The translations under genes were made by a program, and so were the position numbers. This document shows, one piece after another, positions 24,881 through 38,600 of a stretch of DNA of 64,000 nt (its first letter is position 1; the number at the start of each line of letters is the position of its first letter). The stretch spans positions 81,656,001-81,720,000 of the forward strand of contig NC_087436.1 in the NCBI RefSeq assembly GCF_036321535.1. The letters are read 5' to 3'. The notes below the pieces were generated by a model. It was given only the letters and a program-made list of their open reading frames with translations. It had not been told where the DNA came from and searched no databases. Source of the DNA: Camelus dromedarius (lineage: Eukaryota).

Positions 24881-27094
24881 AGAGCACAGTCACCAATGTA
24901 TTCTGTGGGAAATTCCTAGGACTGTAGAGCGGGAACTAGCCTAGGGTAATGAAGAGACCACTGACTGAAGATAAATACATAACACAATGAGGAATACTTC
25001 AAACACAGAAATGGGCCAGATTACTCACTATCACAAGTCACACCAAAAGACTGCAACAACTTCTAGTGATGAACTTGGGATAGACACATTAGAAGTGAAG
25101 TTCAACTTACAAAACATAAAAATTCAGCGGAAACCAGGTTCAATTTGCAGGAAATGTAACGGTCCGGTAGAAAACACTCTCTCAATCCATAATGTTAAGT
25201 ATCCCCTTATCTTCTGTGTGAATCTCACACAATTTTCTGTGATGGACTCTGTGAACTTACTGTCATTCTAATACAGTGGATATAAGTACAAATTAATGCC
25301 CTCAGTTCCACAACAGTTTAACTCAAAACAGCATCTACAATGTGCCAAGCACCGTGCTGCGGCCTTTCACCTTTATTCTTCTATTCTAGGCATCATCCCA
25401 TTCTACTAATGAAATATAATTCACACTCAGTTGGTAAGAATAATTGAGATCTGCCACCTCAAACTCCAGTAATCATTCAAAATAAAAAAAAATCACAAAA
25501 TAAAGGAAATCATTCCCTTCTTTTTCTTCTCAGATAGCCTCGAGACTTATCTTTGGGTCTAGTCAAATAGTACTAATGTATTTTTTTACTCCCAACTCAA
25601 AATCTAGTCAAAATATATTCCATAATACTTAAAAAAAAACTCACAATATTCACACATAGCAACCTAAATAAGTTATTATTTTAGCAAAGTGAATAACACA
25701 CTAGTATCCTGATTTTTCCAGATGGAAATACAGGCATCATGAAACCAAGGCTTAAAGTTAAGTAAACACTGTAAATCCCAATACAAATTTTCCTGAAATA
25801 GGAGGACTCCAATTCACTGTATTCAGACTTCATGAGAAAGAAATTGTGAATTACAGACAGTTCAAAATTTTTTATCTAAAGTGCATGTGTAAGTTGACTA
25901 TTACGATTACTTACATTGTCGGCTAGACTGAGTGCTTGTTGAGACCATGTCTCAAACATCCCATCATCCCTAACAGCTAACATAGTGCTTGGTTAAAAAA
26001 AAAAGGAAATCATATTTATTTAAGGTCTTAAATTATATCTTTTTAAATACAGTTGTCTAAAGTTCCTAGCATTTGGTATTCTAAGAGCCAACCATTCACT
26101 TTCCCAAGGCTAATTCAGAATCTCTCAACCAAAAATACTGCAGAACACATTCTGCCATGTCTTTTGAAAATAGAGAAAATATTTTAAATTCAACAAAATC
26201 CATTCCTAAACTGAACCACCAGAGTGAAGATGACTCCATTCTAAACCTTGCAACCACAGGAGACAAACTTCCAGTGGGGAAAATTTTCAATCAGATTCCT
26301 TCTGACCCTTTGAGGGTGGAGGAGGTCTGCTCCAGAAGAGACCATCAAAGGCACTGAGACACATGATGGCTTTAAAAGAGACACCCATTTCCAAGGCTGA
26401 GTGTCCAAAATGGCATGAATAACTTAAAGCCCTTGGACTCAGCAGCATTCTACAGCAGCCATTCATTCCCTGTGAAGTAGCTGTCTTACAGAGATGGAGG
26501 AGGTCTCAGATGAAGCCTCTCCACTTCTTAAGGACTGTCTTCTCATCAGGTTAGTACTAGCAGTCTGATGGTAAGGGCCATCCAGACTCTCCTTGATTTA
26601 AGGCCACCCTTGCAGGGATCTCTGAAGACAGATGGTCACAGCTGCAACAGCTTCCAGTAGAGCCCTATTACTCGATGGCCCAGAAGACTCAGATTTCTAG
26701 AAGAATGAAAGGTGATTCTGCAAAGTCCTATGGAGAAGTTACCCTAACAATAAGAACAACGATCAGCTACAGCCATCAACAGAGCCTCCCAAGGTGTCTT
26801 TGATGTCAGGAGTCAGCAACTGAACTGCAAGACTTGGTGAGAGAGGGCCAGAGTGTGAAGGGTTAGATGATCTTAAAATCTTACTGAGAGGAGAAGGGAA
26901 TGTGTATCTCAGAGTGTGAGTTTCATGAGGGGCAGAAAGGTTTTCTGTCTATTTATGGTTACATCCACCATATCTAGAAGAATTCCTGGTAAACATTCAA
27001 TGAGTCTTTGTCAAATGAATGAATAATAATAAAATAGCAAATCAATAAAATAATAAAGTATAAAATAAACCATATGCTAATGTTTTAAAGTTTC

Positions 27095-27552
27095 TGTCAT
27101 GAATTGAATTGTGTCCCCTCAAAAAGATGTGTTGAAGTCCTAACCCCCCAGTACCTTAGAATGTGACCTTATTTGGAAATACAGTCCACATGATCTGCAG
27201 ATGTAATTAGTTAAGATGAGGTCATACAGGAGTAAAGTGAGCCCTGAATCCAATACAGGGTGGGTCCTCAGTCAATTAAGGACAAGATGTCCTTTAGAAA
27301 GGGGAAATTTGTGCACAGACATGCATTGAAGGAAGAAGATGAAATGGCCCAGGGAAAAGATGGCTTCCTACAAGCCAAGGAGAGAGGCCTGAAACAGATT
27401 CTTTCCTCACAGCCCTCAGAAGGAATCCATCCTGCCAGCACCCAGCACCTCGAGTTTGGACTTCTAGCCTCCAGAACTGTGAGACAATACACTTCTATTG
27501 TGTACGCCACCAGTTCGTGTCATTTTGCTAACACACCTCCCAAAACTAAACA
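27095..27552 (+). mobile_element. MLT1 (ERVL-MaLR) solo LTR
   Basis: tgaattgtgtcccctcaaaaagat...gaatgtgaccttatttggaaat...cagccctcagaagga...gcctccagaactgtgagacaata. Confidence 0.88.
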
Positions 27553-27559
27553 ATCCTCC

Positions 27560-28175
27560 AGCTTGTCTTCCTGCTCCCATACAGTCTGCTCTCCCCAGAG
27601 CAACACAGTGATCAATTATACCATGCCTCTCATTCTGCAAAACACACAACAGCTTCCACCACATGGAGAATGAAATGCAAATTCCTTCTCACGCCCTACC
27701 AGGCTCCGCTCCTGGCTCCCCCATTGACCTTATCCTCCACTTTCTCTCCTCCACTGCTTTCTCTGCCAGCCAGCAGTGGTCTCTTTGCTGTTTCTCCAAA
27801 AAGTCAAGACTGCTTCCCCCTCGAGGCTTTTGCACTTGCTTCTCCTCCTCTCTAAACTTTATTCCTTAACGTGTGCATTATTTGCATCTCAATTCATTTA
27901 GAACTCATGGAGAGGTCTTCTAGAGAGGACTTTCTGACAAGCCTGTCTAAAACAGTGCCCCACATCACCTCTAACCCTCATTCGGTGGCTGTGTTTTTCT
28001 TCACAGCAGTTATCCCTTTCTGACATATTAAATGTTTGTGTTCATTTTCTGTCTCCTCTTCTAAAATATATGAGGATTGGGGCAATGTTTTGTTTACTGG
28101 TGTATCCTCAGCACCCAGAACAACGCCTGACACATGGTAGGTACACTAGATAAATATTTGGTAAATGACTGAGTG
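27560..28175 (+). mobile_element. L2 LINE 3' part
   Basis: ttttgcacttgct...tttactggtgtatcctcagcacccagaacaacgcctgacacatggtagg...aaatatttg. Confidence 0.75.
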
Positions 28176-29840
28176 CAACAATCTTTCAAATTTGGTCTGA
28201 CATCCTTAAAAATTCTATAAAAAGAAGATATCATTCAGCCACTAAACATCTATTTGGCACTTCTTTTGTACCTGGGACTGGAATAGGCACAGGAGAGACA
28301 AGTATAAATCTGTCATGGACCCAGCCCTTAAGAAGCCTAGGGCAGAGCATTTCATCATGTTCCATGAATTACAAAAGAGAAAAGTCAGTTCTACCTGACT
28401 GGTAGGAAAGGCTTCATAGAATAAGTAACAGGTGAATGTAGGCTTAAAAGAACTTCCATTTTAAAAAAAGGCAACATAAAGTTGCCCAGAGTAGCACAGG
28501 ATAGTCTGGTGGGTTCAGACAATGAAAAGTAGTTAAGCACAGGTGGAACACAAGTGCTCAGGGGCACAAGAGCACAATACTTGTGTGGTGAGAGTTGAGG
28601 TTTGATGGAAAAGCAGGGGACAGACAGCTTATTTCCCATTTTAAGGAACTGGAAGTTCATCCTAGAGCCGAAAGAAGTTTCCTGCCAAAAGAATTTTCCC
28701 AAGATCCAGCCTAATGACCCCATTACTACCTTGAAGTCTGAAAGGGATGGAACCCAAATCTCTAAGGACATGTATCACAACTCTACTACCAGCATTACCA
28801 TATTGTAAAAATTATTTTGCATGTGAATTCCACCTAGAAAGGAACACAACAACATGAAAACTACTTGATTTGTTGGGGCATGGGCGCTTTGGGGTGGTTG
28901 TTGTTGTCTGGTTTCTTTTCTTTTTCTACTAGAATGTGGTTTGATACATGGCTAGTACTCTGCTGGCTTAGACTCTCCGGTTTTATGACTGCCACTCCTC
29001 TACGTGGGTCTGCTTTCCCCAGCATCAACACAGCTTGGAGACACCATGTCACAATTATCTGTTGACTTTGCTTGGAGTCTATGTGTTAGCCCCCAGCTTT
29101 GACAGAGAGAACAGACCAATCGTAGGTAAGGACTGCCACTGACAAACTGGTTTTTCTAACCATTCTAGACCTGAGCATCAGGCCTTCTGGTTATCACTTT
29201 TCCAAGCACAAACTCAGTGCATTTATCTAGTCTACTTATTTTCAATTTTTCTAAATGAAATCCTTTTTTCTTTTCCTCAGCAAAATCTCACACAGAGCCC
29301 AGTGTATAAAATCTGTAAAGTAATGTTTAAGTCATTATAAATACATGATGCAGATTTAAATTTGTACCATTTGTTTACAGTAGAAGTGATCAATGAGCAC
29401 AGTGTGGCTTTCTTGATGAACCAGACATTTCAATCCTGACTTACGGATGGCAGATGCAGACCTGTCATTACCAGCACAAAATTTGGTTCTATATATATAT
29501 ATTTTGTTGGAGAATACATTTTCTTTACTAGAACTGACTGATAGACTCTGAGTTTTAAAAATAGAGATCAAAGCAGAGCTAGAAACTTTATCCTATGTCT
29601 CATTTACAATTAGTTTATGTCAGTTGGACTCATCATTCTGGACTCTAGAGGCTGCAGTCAAATCCAACTTAGTTCATAGCATATGTTTTTTAATTAATTG
29701 CCATTGATTAAAAATTGAAAGATTTTACTTAAAAATCTAGATTTCTGGTTCCTTTTAAAAAATCTCTGAGGGTCTGGCAATACTGGGGCCATATTCCTAC
29801 CTGTGACTACTTTAGATGGTTTGCTCTTCCAGATGGCCTT

Positions 29841-29863
29841 ACACACACACACACACACACACA
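29841..29863. repeat. (CA)n microsatellite
   Basis: Direct reading of the sequence. Confidence 0.9.
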
Positions 29864-30629
29864 CCCCATCTTCCATTCAATACCCACCTGGGCCCTGCAG
29901 CATTTAAGTTTGTGTTCCCTGAACTGTATATCCAAAGATAGCAGGAGAAGCTTTATTCCCTTCTTTCTGTCTCTCCCATCTCCCTAGCTTGGCATCCTAA
30001 TGCAAGCCACCATCAGGCTCTTCGTGGGCCACTGCAGTGACATCCTAGATGTTCTTGTTCTAGGGCTACCCTCTCCGTGCAAGCCTATGTACATTTGCCC
30101 TTGGATCCATTACTTGTCTTCCATTGGCTCTTGCAACTGGCATTTCCCAGACATTGCTGTTAGCTGTCTTCTGACTGGGTTTAGCCAATGGGAGGCACTA
30201 CAGGAGACTGGATAGGGGAATAATAGGAGAGACCAGGGTATTTGTGTCCCTCCTCTCTGCCTTATGCAGTGTCTCTGAAAGGAGCACCTCCCTCCCATGG
30301 CTGTACCTCCTGGAATCCTCACACAGGTTCTCTCTTCTACTGGGAATAGCCTTAAATCACTCAGGGTCCCAACAGGAAATAGATGGCACTTTTGAAAAGG
30401 ATAATTTAAGGTGCATATATTTACAAAGGGATTATTTACAAAGATGTAGGTATAAAGGAACCACAGAGGATAGTGCTTTAGCACTCCTAGGCTCAATGAG
30501 AAGGAGACAGTCAGGGAGAGCTTCCATTTTGTGAGAAACAGGCACCTTAAGGCAAGGGATACAGCCAACTGAGGATAATTCTACAGAGAAGGAGCCAGGA
30601 AATAAAATCCTGGACACTGCTTTCCTCCC

Positions 30630-30805
30630 TCCACTGGGTTTCTCTACTGTGGCACTACAGACATCAGTTTGGGCCAGTAACTCTATGCAGGAAGGGCAGG
30701 ACTGACCTGTGCATTGTAGGGTGTTTATCTGCATTCCATTAGATTCTGCAACAACCAAAAATGTCCCCTGGGGATCGAAATCACTGCCCAGCTGAGAACC
30801 ACTGA
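30630..30805. mobile_element. MER20-like hAT MITE within old ERVL-type LTR sequence (about 30100-30910)
   Basis: cctgtgcattgtagggtgttta...acaaccaaaaatgtc...gctgagaaccactg. Confidence 0.7.
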
Positions 30806-31699
30806 AGTTCAACTGCCTATTATAATCCATTCAGGTCAGCCTCACAGAGCAGAGAGAAGAGTGGAGAAAGGTAGAGAGTGGATCCGGAGGGGCAAACAGA
30901 GGACACTCAGCATAACTCTGCTCTACATTGACCTGACCTGGCATTGACGCCCCCACTCATTCTTCACACTAGTGTTACCCAGCTCCTACTCAGAAAGCCC
31001 TTCCCTGGCCAGCCCCACCATTTGCTAAATTAAGGTCTCACTCATTATTCTAACTAACTGTTCCCTATTCTTTACCCTCAGACCTTATCACAGTTTGCAA
31101 TTATGTATTTTCTGTGTCTGTTTATTTTTAATATCTGTCTCACCTGTGGACTGAAAACCTTTTGAGCCTATGGACCGTGACTGTTAATTCACCTACCACC
31201 AGCACAGTGGCTGGCATAAAACTGGAGCTCAATAAACATATGATGAATAACTGAATTATGAATGAGTGTGCTAACTTGACAGCATATGTTAATATACTGG
31301 TGACATTTGTTATGTTAAGTTTGTTTTGGATCACATTTGAGTGTTCTTATTGTTAAACAAATAAAATACATTTAAAATACAGTCAAGAAATAAACTATGA
31401 CTCAGATATTCACACAACTCTTATGTTCATCAAAAACACTGTGAAAATCTCTTATCTGGTAGAATGTCCTTATTTTGTATATGAAACTAAGTTAAACTAA
31501 TGGAACAGGCTAAAAACAGGTAAATTAATAGTAATAATAATAATAATTCACCAAAAGTAATGCAAAAGTTTCTGTAACAAATGTAATTTGGACTACAGAA
31601 AAAAATTTTAAAGAGAAAAGTTAAAAAGGCAGAAATAAAAAGCAATTTTGGGCAAACTAATCCAATTAATAAAATGAATAATGTTTAAAATAAATAAGC

Positions 31700-32180
31700 T
31701 CATTTGTATACCCATATTCATAGTAGCATTATTCACAACAGATAAAAGATGGAAGGAACCCACATGTCCATCAACCAATCAACGGATAAACAAAATATGA
31801 CATATATATGTGTAAATACACTTCAGCCTTGCAAGGGAAGGAAATTCTGATACATGCTACAACATGGATGAGCCTTGAGGACATTATGCTAAGTGAAATA
31901 AGCCAGTCACAAAAGGGCAAATACTATACGATTCCATTTATATGCAGTACCTAGATTAATCACATTGGCAGAGATAGAAAGTACAATGGTGGATGCCACT
32001 ACCTAGAGAAGAGGGTAGTGGGAAGTTGTTCAAAAGATAACAGAGTTTCCGTTTTGCAAGATGAAAAAGTTCTGGAAATTAGTTGCACAGCAATGTGAAT
32101 ATACTTAAGAACTTTACCTTAAAATGGTTAAAATGGTAACTTTTATGTTATGTGTATTTTACCACAAAAATAAATGCATT
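31700..32180 (+). mobile_element. L1MB-like 3' end
   Basis: gcattattcacaacag...ggaaggaaattctgatacatgctacaacatggatg...ttaaaatggtaacttttatgttatgtg. Confidence 0.88.
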
Positions 32181-32593
32181 AAAAGGCAAAAGGAACTATA
32201 TAAATTAATAAGATCACTCAAAATACAAAAAAATAAGTCACAACTATAGCAGTACAAAGTCCTTGGATTATCATTCCCAACAGACAGGCATAAATTTCAC
32301 CTGACAGTGACCTGTCATTTACTGAATTCCTGTCATGATAATTCTGCCGCTCGTTAATGTTAGGGAAACACAGTTTCAGGTCCGTGTGAGAAGCAGCGAA
32401 GAACAGTGTTAAGTGTATGAGTCCAGAGACAGGCTGCCTGGGTTCAAATGCCTGCTTCTTCTAGTTCTTACTCACTGTGTGACCTTGAGTAAACTGCTTA
32501 GACTCGCTGTGCTTTAGTTTTCTCATCAGTAAAATAAGGATAATGATACTACATACACCATAAAATTGTTATAAGAATTAAATCGAGTTCAGA

Positions 32594-32746
32594 AATTTTT
32601 AATTTTTATTGATTTATTTTGGGGGGGAGGGGAGGTAATTAAATTTACTTACTTATTTTCAGAGGAGGTACTGGGGATTGAACCTAGGACCTCGTGGATG
32701 TTAAACATGCGTTCTACCACTTGAGCTATACCCTCCCCATCCCCCA
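32594..32746 (-). mobile_element. Vic-1-type tRNA SINE inserted in a MIR (about 32390-32800)
   Basis: ggaggtactggggattgaacctaggacctcg...ctaccacttgagctataccctcccc. Confidence 0.88.
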
Positions 32747-33864
32747 AGTTAAGACATTTTAAATGTTTAGAAGATACTCATATAGTGTAAAGTCAATACA
32801 AATAATAAAGTAGTCTCAGGCATACATTAGGCTTCCTTTCTAAGAGGACTTGTTCTTTTATTTTCCTTCCCTTTGGGCACAAGACTGGAAGAGTCCAAGC
32901 TCCCTCCAATAAACTGCTCCCTTAGGAGGTATTGAGTGTTTACTCCAGGCCACACAGCCAGCAAGTGGTGCCCCTGAGCTATGTGACCCAGGCAACAGTG
33001 GCTGTCAGCAGCTCCCTGCTGTCTGAGCAAGCCTTCCCCAGGCCAGAGTAGAACCTATCACCTATTCTCTCATTAACCCTTCAGGCCCTCCTTTTCCACT
33101 CAGCATCTGATAGGCAGGTAGATAAATCATTCATAAACTCAATTCCCTTCCTGGTTTTTATTTTTACATTTTTTCCATGGAGTATCCTAATGTTGAAAAG
33201 GAAACATTTATTAATTTCATTAAGAATCTGATTTAAGTGGGATCCAGTAAAATAAAAATAAGCTGTTACACTTTTATGTCAATCCAAGATGAAATATTAA
33301 CCACAAATAAACAAAAACATCCAGACATGACTTCAAAACCACAAAATTGTGCTTGTTTTCTGATAGAGGATGAAATAATAAATATTCGCTTCTATAGATT
33401 TAAGATAAGTAGAAGATGCAGAAAACTTACTTTCAAAAAAATTAAATATCATTACAAAGAGTTGGGTGAAGTGCCAAGAATACAAATAATTTTTAAAAAG
33501 AGAAGCCATGACTAGAGATGACATAATGTACCTTCTACATAGCTGAAGGGCAAAAGAGCAAATATGTGTGGCTAGAGTGCGTAATAACTGAAAAGGATTA
33601 AATGGCCTAGTTTATCTTCTTTGATTAATTTTTAATCCTCACATCTCTTTGCTCTCATTTCCCAACAATCTAAAAAACATCATTGCTTTCATCATTCTAT
33701 CCCAAGGCTTCATGGACTATTTAGTAGTCACTACTTCCTACAGTCCACTTAAATATTACAAGCATTGGAGAAACATGACAGCTCCCCTTATGCATCACCA
33801 TTACTGTCTTTTATCTGGGCCATCTCTAAAATACAGAATGTTAGCTTTGATTTTGTCATCGGCC

Positions 33865-34400
33865 TGTTCATTCATTTAACAATTTTTACTGAGTGCCTCC
33901 TATGTACCAGGTGCTATATACCTACCAGGAGCTGGGAAATAGCTGAAGCTCCTGCTACATTAAGGCTACATTACAATTGCAGGGACAGAGTAGACACACA
34001 TTTAAGCAGAGAAGTTTGTGTATTCAAGGCAGAAAGAGTAACAAGTGCAAGAATCCTAAGACAGAACAGGGATTGGTATATTCAAAAAACAGCAAGAAAG
34101 CCAGGAAGGAAAGGGAGAAGGGTAGTAAAAGAGGCCAGAGAGGTACCAGGAGCACATGGCAGGGACTTCAAACTGTACTGTCTAATGGGGAGCCACGGAG
34201 AACTGGAAGCCGGGGTGTAGTAGGGCCTGATTCACACCAGGAACCACTCTGGAAGCAAGAAGCATGTGGAGACCAGAGTCTAGGTAGGAAAAGCAGAGGC
34301 AAAGGAACAAATCAGGATGCTATTAGTTGATGCAAGAGATGACAGTGGGTTGGATGAGGATGGTAAGGGCAGGTAAGAAGATAAGTGGCTGGATTCAGAA
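33865..34400 (-). mobile_element. L2 LINE fragment
   Basis: ttcattcatttaacaatttttactgagtgcctcctatgtaccagg, followed by a purine-rich L2 body. Confidence 0.7.
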
Positions 34401-34859
34401 TGTAATTTTTTTCATTGCAGTATAGTTGATTTACAATGTTGTGTTAATTTCTGATGTAAAGCATAGTGATTCACTTATAATATATCTATAAATATATTCC
34501 TTTTCATATCCAGAATGTATTCTGAATGTGGATATGACAAATTTACTGACTATAGGACTGGATTACAGGATAACAGTAAGTGCTGACTTTTTATTTATAA
34601 ATGTTTCATACAAATCCTGACAACTCATTTTGCAAAGTTTTGATAGAGCAAAAATTATATCATGCACACCTGTCCCAAAAGAAAACAACTAAAGTTTTAA
34701 CAACTCCCACCTAAACTAAAGAGAAGGAAAAAAACAGATTTCTAAATAATTACATCTAAATTGTTTTCTTATGCACGTAATGTTCTTGGAAATAGCATGG
34801 GCATTGGCATGGTAGAATTTATTTGGAATTTTTAAAAGTACATAAAAACAAAATCGTTC

Positions 34860-35270
34860 ACCATTTGCAACAACATAGAGTGACTTGGAGGACATTATGC
34901 TAAGAGAAATAAGTCAGACAGAGAAAGACAAATACTGTATATCACTTATGTGTGGACTCTAAAAAATAAAACAAACTAGTGAATATAACAAAAAATAAAC
35001 AGACTCACATATATATAGAGAACAAACTACTGGTTATCAGTGGGAAGAGGGAAGCAGGGAGAGGAGGCATAGACATGAGTAAGGATTAAGAGGTACAAAC
35101 TACCACATATAAAATAAATGAGCTACAAGGACATATTTGTACAGCACAGGGAATATATCCAGTATGTTATAATAACTATAAATGAAGTATAACTTTAAAA
35201 AATTGTGAATCACTATGTTATATACCTAAAACTTACATAATATTGTAAATCTATATCACAATAAAAAAAT
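34860..35270 (+). mobile_element. L1 3' end
   Basis: ccatttgcaacaacat...aaataagtcagacagagaaagacaaatac, followed by an A-rich tail. Confidence 0.88.
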
Positions 35271-35336
35271 AAATTGTTCATATTTTGATCTTCATACATT
35301 TTACTACTTATCTTTCTCAATTTTAGATAAATATAA

Positions 35337-35640
35337 GGTTTTTTACTAAAGTATAGTCAGTTTAGAATGCTGTGTCAATTTCTCATGTACAGTACTAATG
35401 TTTCAGTCATACATATACATACATATATTCCTTTTCATATTCTCTTTCATTATAGGTTACTACAAGATATTGAATATAGTTCCCTGTGCTTTACAGTATG
35501 AACTTGTTGTTTACCTATTTTATATATAGTAGTTAGTATCTGCAAACCTAGAACTCCCAATTTATCCCTTCCCACCCACTTCCCCCAACCCCAGTAACCG
35601 TAAGTTTATTTTCTATGTCTGTGAGTCTGCTCTGTTTTGT
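35337..35640 (-). mobile_element. Young L1 3'UTR with TSD
   Basis: Same 3'UTR as 17140-17450, flanked by tagataaa(t/a)ataag. Confidence 0.88.
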
Positions 35641-38600
35641 AGATAAAAATAAGTTTTAATGTAACATAAAATAAACATTTCTGTAATTAATGAATAGAAA
35701 TATTGCCAAGCTGCTGACTAGTCACTGTGGAAACAACTGGCAAATTTCTATTTGCTATTTAACCATTTTAATCTACCAATCACTGTTAATTATTGTTACC
35801 AATCTAACAACCATTATTAGTCTATCCATTTACAATCTAATGCAGTAAAACTCGGCACCAGAAATGGCACAAGCTTTCCAAAAGGTTTCATCACACTTAG
35901 TGAAATTTCAAAAAAAAAAAAAAAATCCTGTGTTTGACTTCAGCAGTGTTATTTCTCTCGTCTCATTGCTTTGATAGTATTTCCTATATGCCTTCCCTTT
36001 TCTTTATACTATGAACTATTTAATCACTGTTCCTTTATAAATTAATCACATATCTTTAATATGAACTGATAAAAAATGGTAATTTCTAAAAATTTATTTG
36101 GTTTCCATGAATTGCTGCCCAAGAATTTTTAAGTAAGGAAACAAACCTGAGATTTAAACTTGTAAAAATCCACATGCAATGAATATGACTAGCTCCTGAG
36201 AGGGGTAAATTAAGAGACTGTCTATGAATATAAAACTGAAGATTTTGGAACACCCAATACTCCATGAACATTATCTGGGTGTAACCAGACTGACTGGAAA
36301 GTGGTTTTAACTTAGTAAAATTAAATAATTTATTATATTATGTCTGATGTAAAGAAAGACTATGAATAGCAATAGGACATTTAGACTAAAGCACAAAAAT
36401 GAAAGCCTAGGATCACAGTATTCATCCAGGTGGAGACAGACAAAAGGACTGGCAGCAGAAAAAATATTTTTAAAACATCCAACTCATCACTCAAGTTCTG
36501 CCCCCTGAAAGTACAAAAGACGTGCATCCCATTTCATCATTTGTAATTATATGTTAATATCTACTTTCCCCCACTGGCTTATAAGCTCTGTGAGGGGAGA
36601 GACCATGTCTGTGAACTGTATCCATAGCACATTCAATCAGAAGGAAATCCCATTAACCCACTCCTGGTTGACATGGAGATATATTTCCCTCAGCATCTCC
36701 CTGTCCCTTTACACACCCTTTGTGTAAGAGAAACGAAAATTGGGAAGAACACCTGGGCATGCTCAGTTATACCATTCGCTGTCTTGGGAGCTCCTTGCCT
36801 GCAAGAGGATGTTTTTCACTTCACCTCTGGGACCGAAGTCCCTGTGCAGGAAAGTTCTATCCTGGTATAGCACTGCAGGGACCAATATGGGTAGCTATTT
36901 CTAATTCTAAGATTCAGTTGATCAGCCCACTTGGTGTTCTCATGAATCTGTCTTCAGTCTTGCTCTATGAGAAACAGAGGCGATATTTTGCTTCCATCTG
37001 CCGTGCTATTTTTTTTTTTTCTTAACTTATTCAGAATCCAGGCAGGGAGGGAAAAGGTCTTATTTACTGGCCCTCTTGAAACCCTATACCTAGCATTATA
37101 TCTGACTTATAGCTGGTTACCAAATATTTGTTGATTGGCTGTAGAGATTACCACAAAAGGTTGATTCTGCAATTTAAGTTCTCTGCCAACAAGAAGAACT
37201 AGTGTATTACAGGTTGAAACATGAAGATTTAAGTGTTGGCTATTGAAAGCCCACTTTTCAGATAAGATAACAGAATGGTCTGGGGCTCTGAGATCTAGGT
37301 TGGGCTCATGTATCCTATTAGGGTATAGGAAGATACATACTGAGCTATCTCCCAGGACATCCTGGGAGATCCTATAAGGCTAGCAGACTGGGATGGATGT
37401 GGAACATCACTCGACACAAGACTTCAATAGAGGAGAGAAGAGGGCAGTCTAAAAAGACTATTTAATTAAAAAGAGGTACAGAAAGAAAAAATCTAGGAAT
37501 GAAGCCAATAGGATAAAAACCAGGGATACAGGAGAAAATGGCTTAGAACAGGGGCCTATGGAGAAGACAAGTTCTGGAGAAATAGCCCAATCGGATTTGC
37601 ATATAGCTGCAGTGTATTTTATTATAAATTCTATGACTGGAGCTAGGGTGGGGAGAGGCAAGCAGGGCACTGGTCGAGTTGCACTTGTTTGGCTGTACTT
37701 TGGGGGGCAGCAGTAATGGCCTTAGTCAGGGAGGCTGTCCCTCAAGCTTAAACAAAGAACTAAATTGCATTTCTACCAGCCTGATTCTACTAAATTTTAC
37801 CAATGATTTCCTGCTTTGGGGTATTATTACCAAAATGTACTCAAACAGACGTGTATTAAACTTGAAACACTAAATTAGGCCTGCCTTTCACAATAAACAA
37901 TGATTTAGGCGCAAGCCTTTACCAAATCACACAATATTTAATTTTATCAATTCACTCAGAATCTTATTTATAAAAAACCTTTCCTGATATTTGTTCTTGA
38001 GGTTGAGGTTTGGACTAGGGCGAGTCGCTGAGCACTTGTCTTGGAACCCCTGAGCCTGCCTCTGCCACAGTGTTCTGTCCAATCTCCGCACATTATTCAA
38101 CCAAGCGAAGGGAGCACCTTGGTCACCTTGTTTGCAAGCTATTATTTTCACTCTCCTCATGCAACAGAAGAAAAGTAAAAAGAAAAAAAACGCAGCTACA
38201 AAATTCATGTTGACATTCTCCAATTTGTATTTTTCTAAATTATGTTTTAGACTCTATCCTAATATCAGTTATCTGTGTTTTTAACTGGATCTAGCTGATT
38301 ATTATTTACATGAAATCCAGTGTATTATTTGAGAATAACTAATGTTTAAGGCAGTTACTTAACACAGTGAGAAATTTGCCTCTTTAAAAGTTATTTTAAA
38401 TATATACACACACATATGCAGAAAAAAAGTTTAAAATTAAAAAATAATAAAACTACTAAACAAATGGTAGATTATCAATGTAAATTTGTGAAGGTAATAA
38501 CTGCACTGTAACCATGTTAGAAAATCCACCTAAAGAGCCACGATGTATACTGTAACTTGTAACTTATCTGAACTATTTCAGAAAAAAAGGTATGTGTTTG

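Noticed and set aside
26480..26650. CAGATG/CAGCTG E-box cluster as a neuronal enhancer
   Set aside because: Six-mers at this density cannot be distinguished from chance without conservation data.
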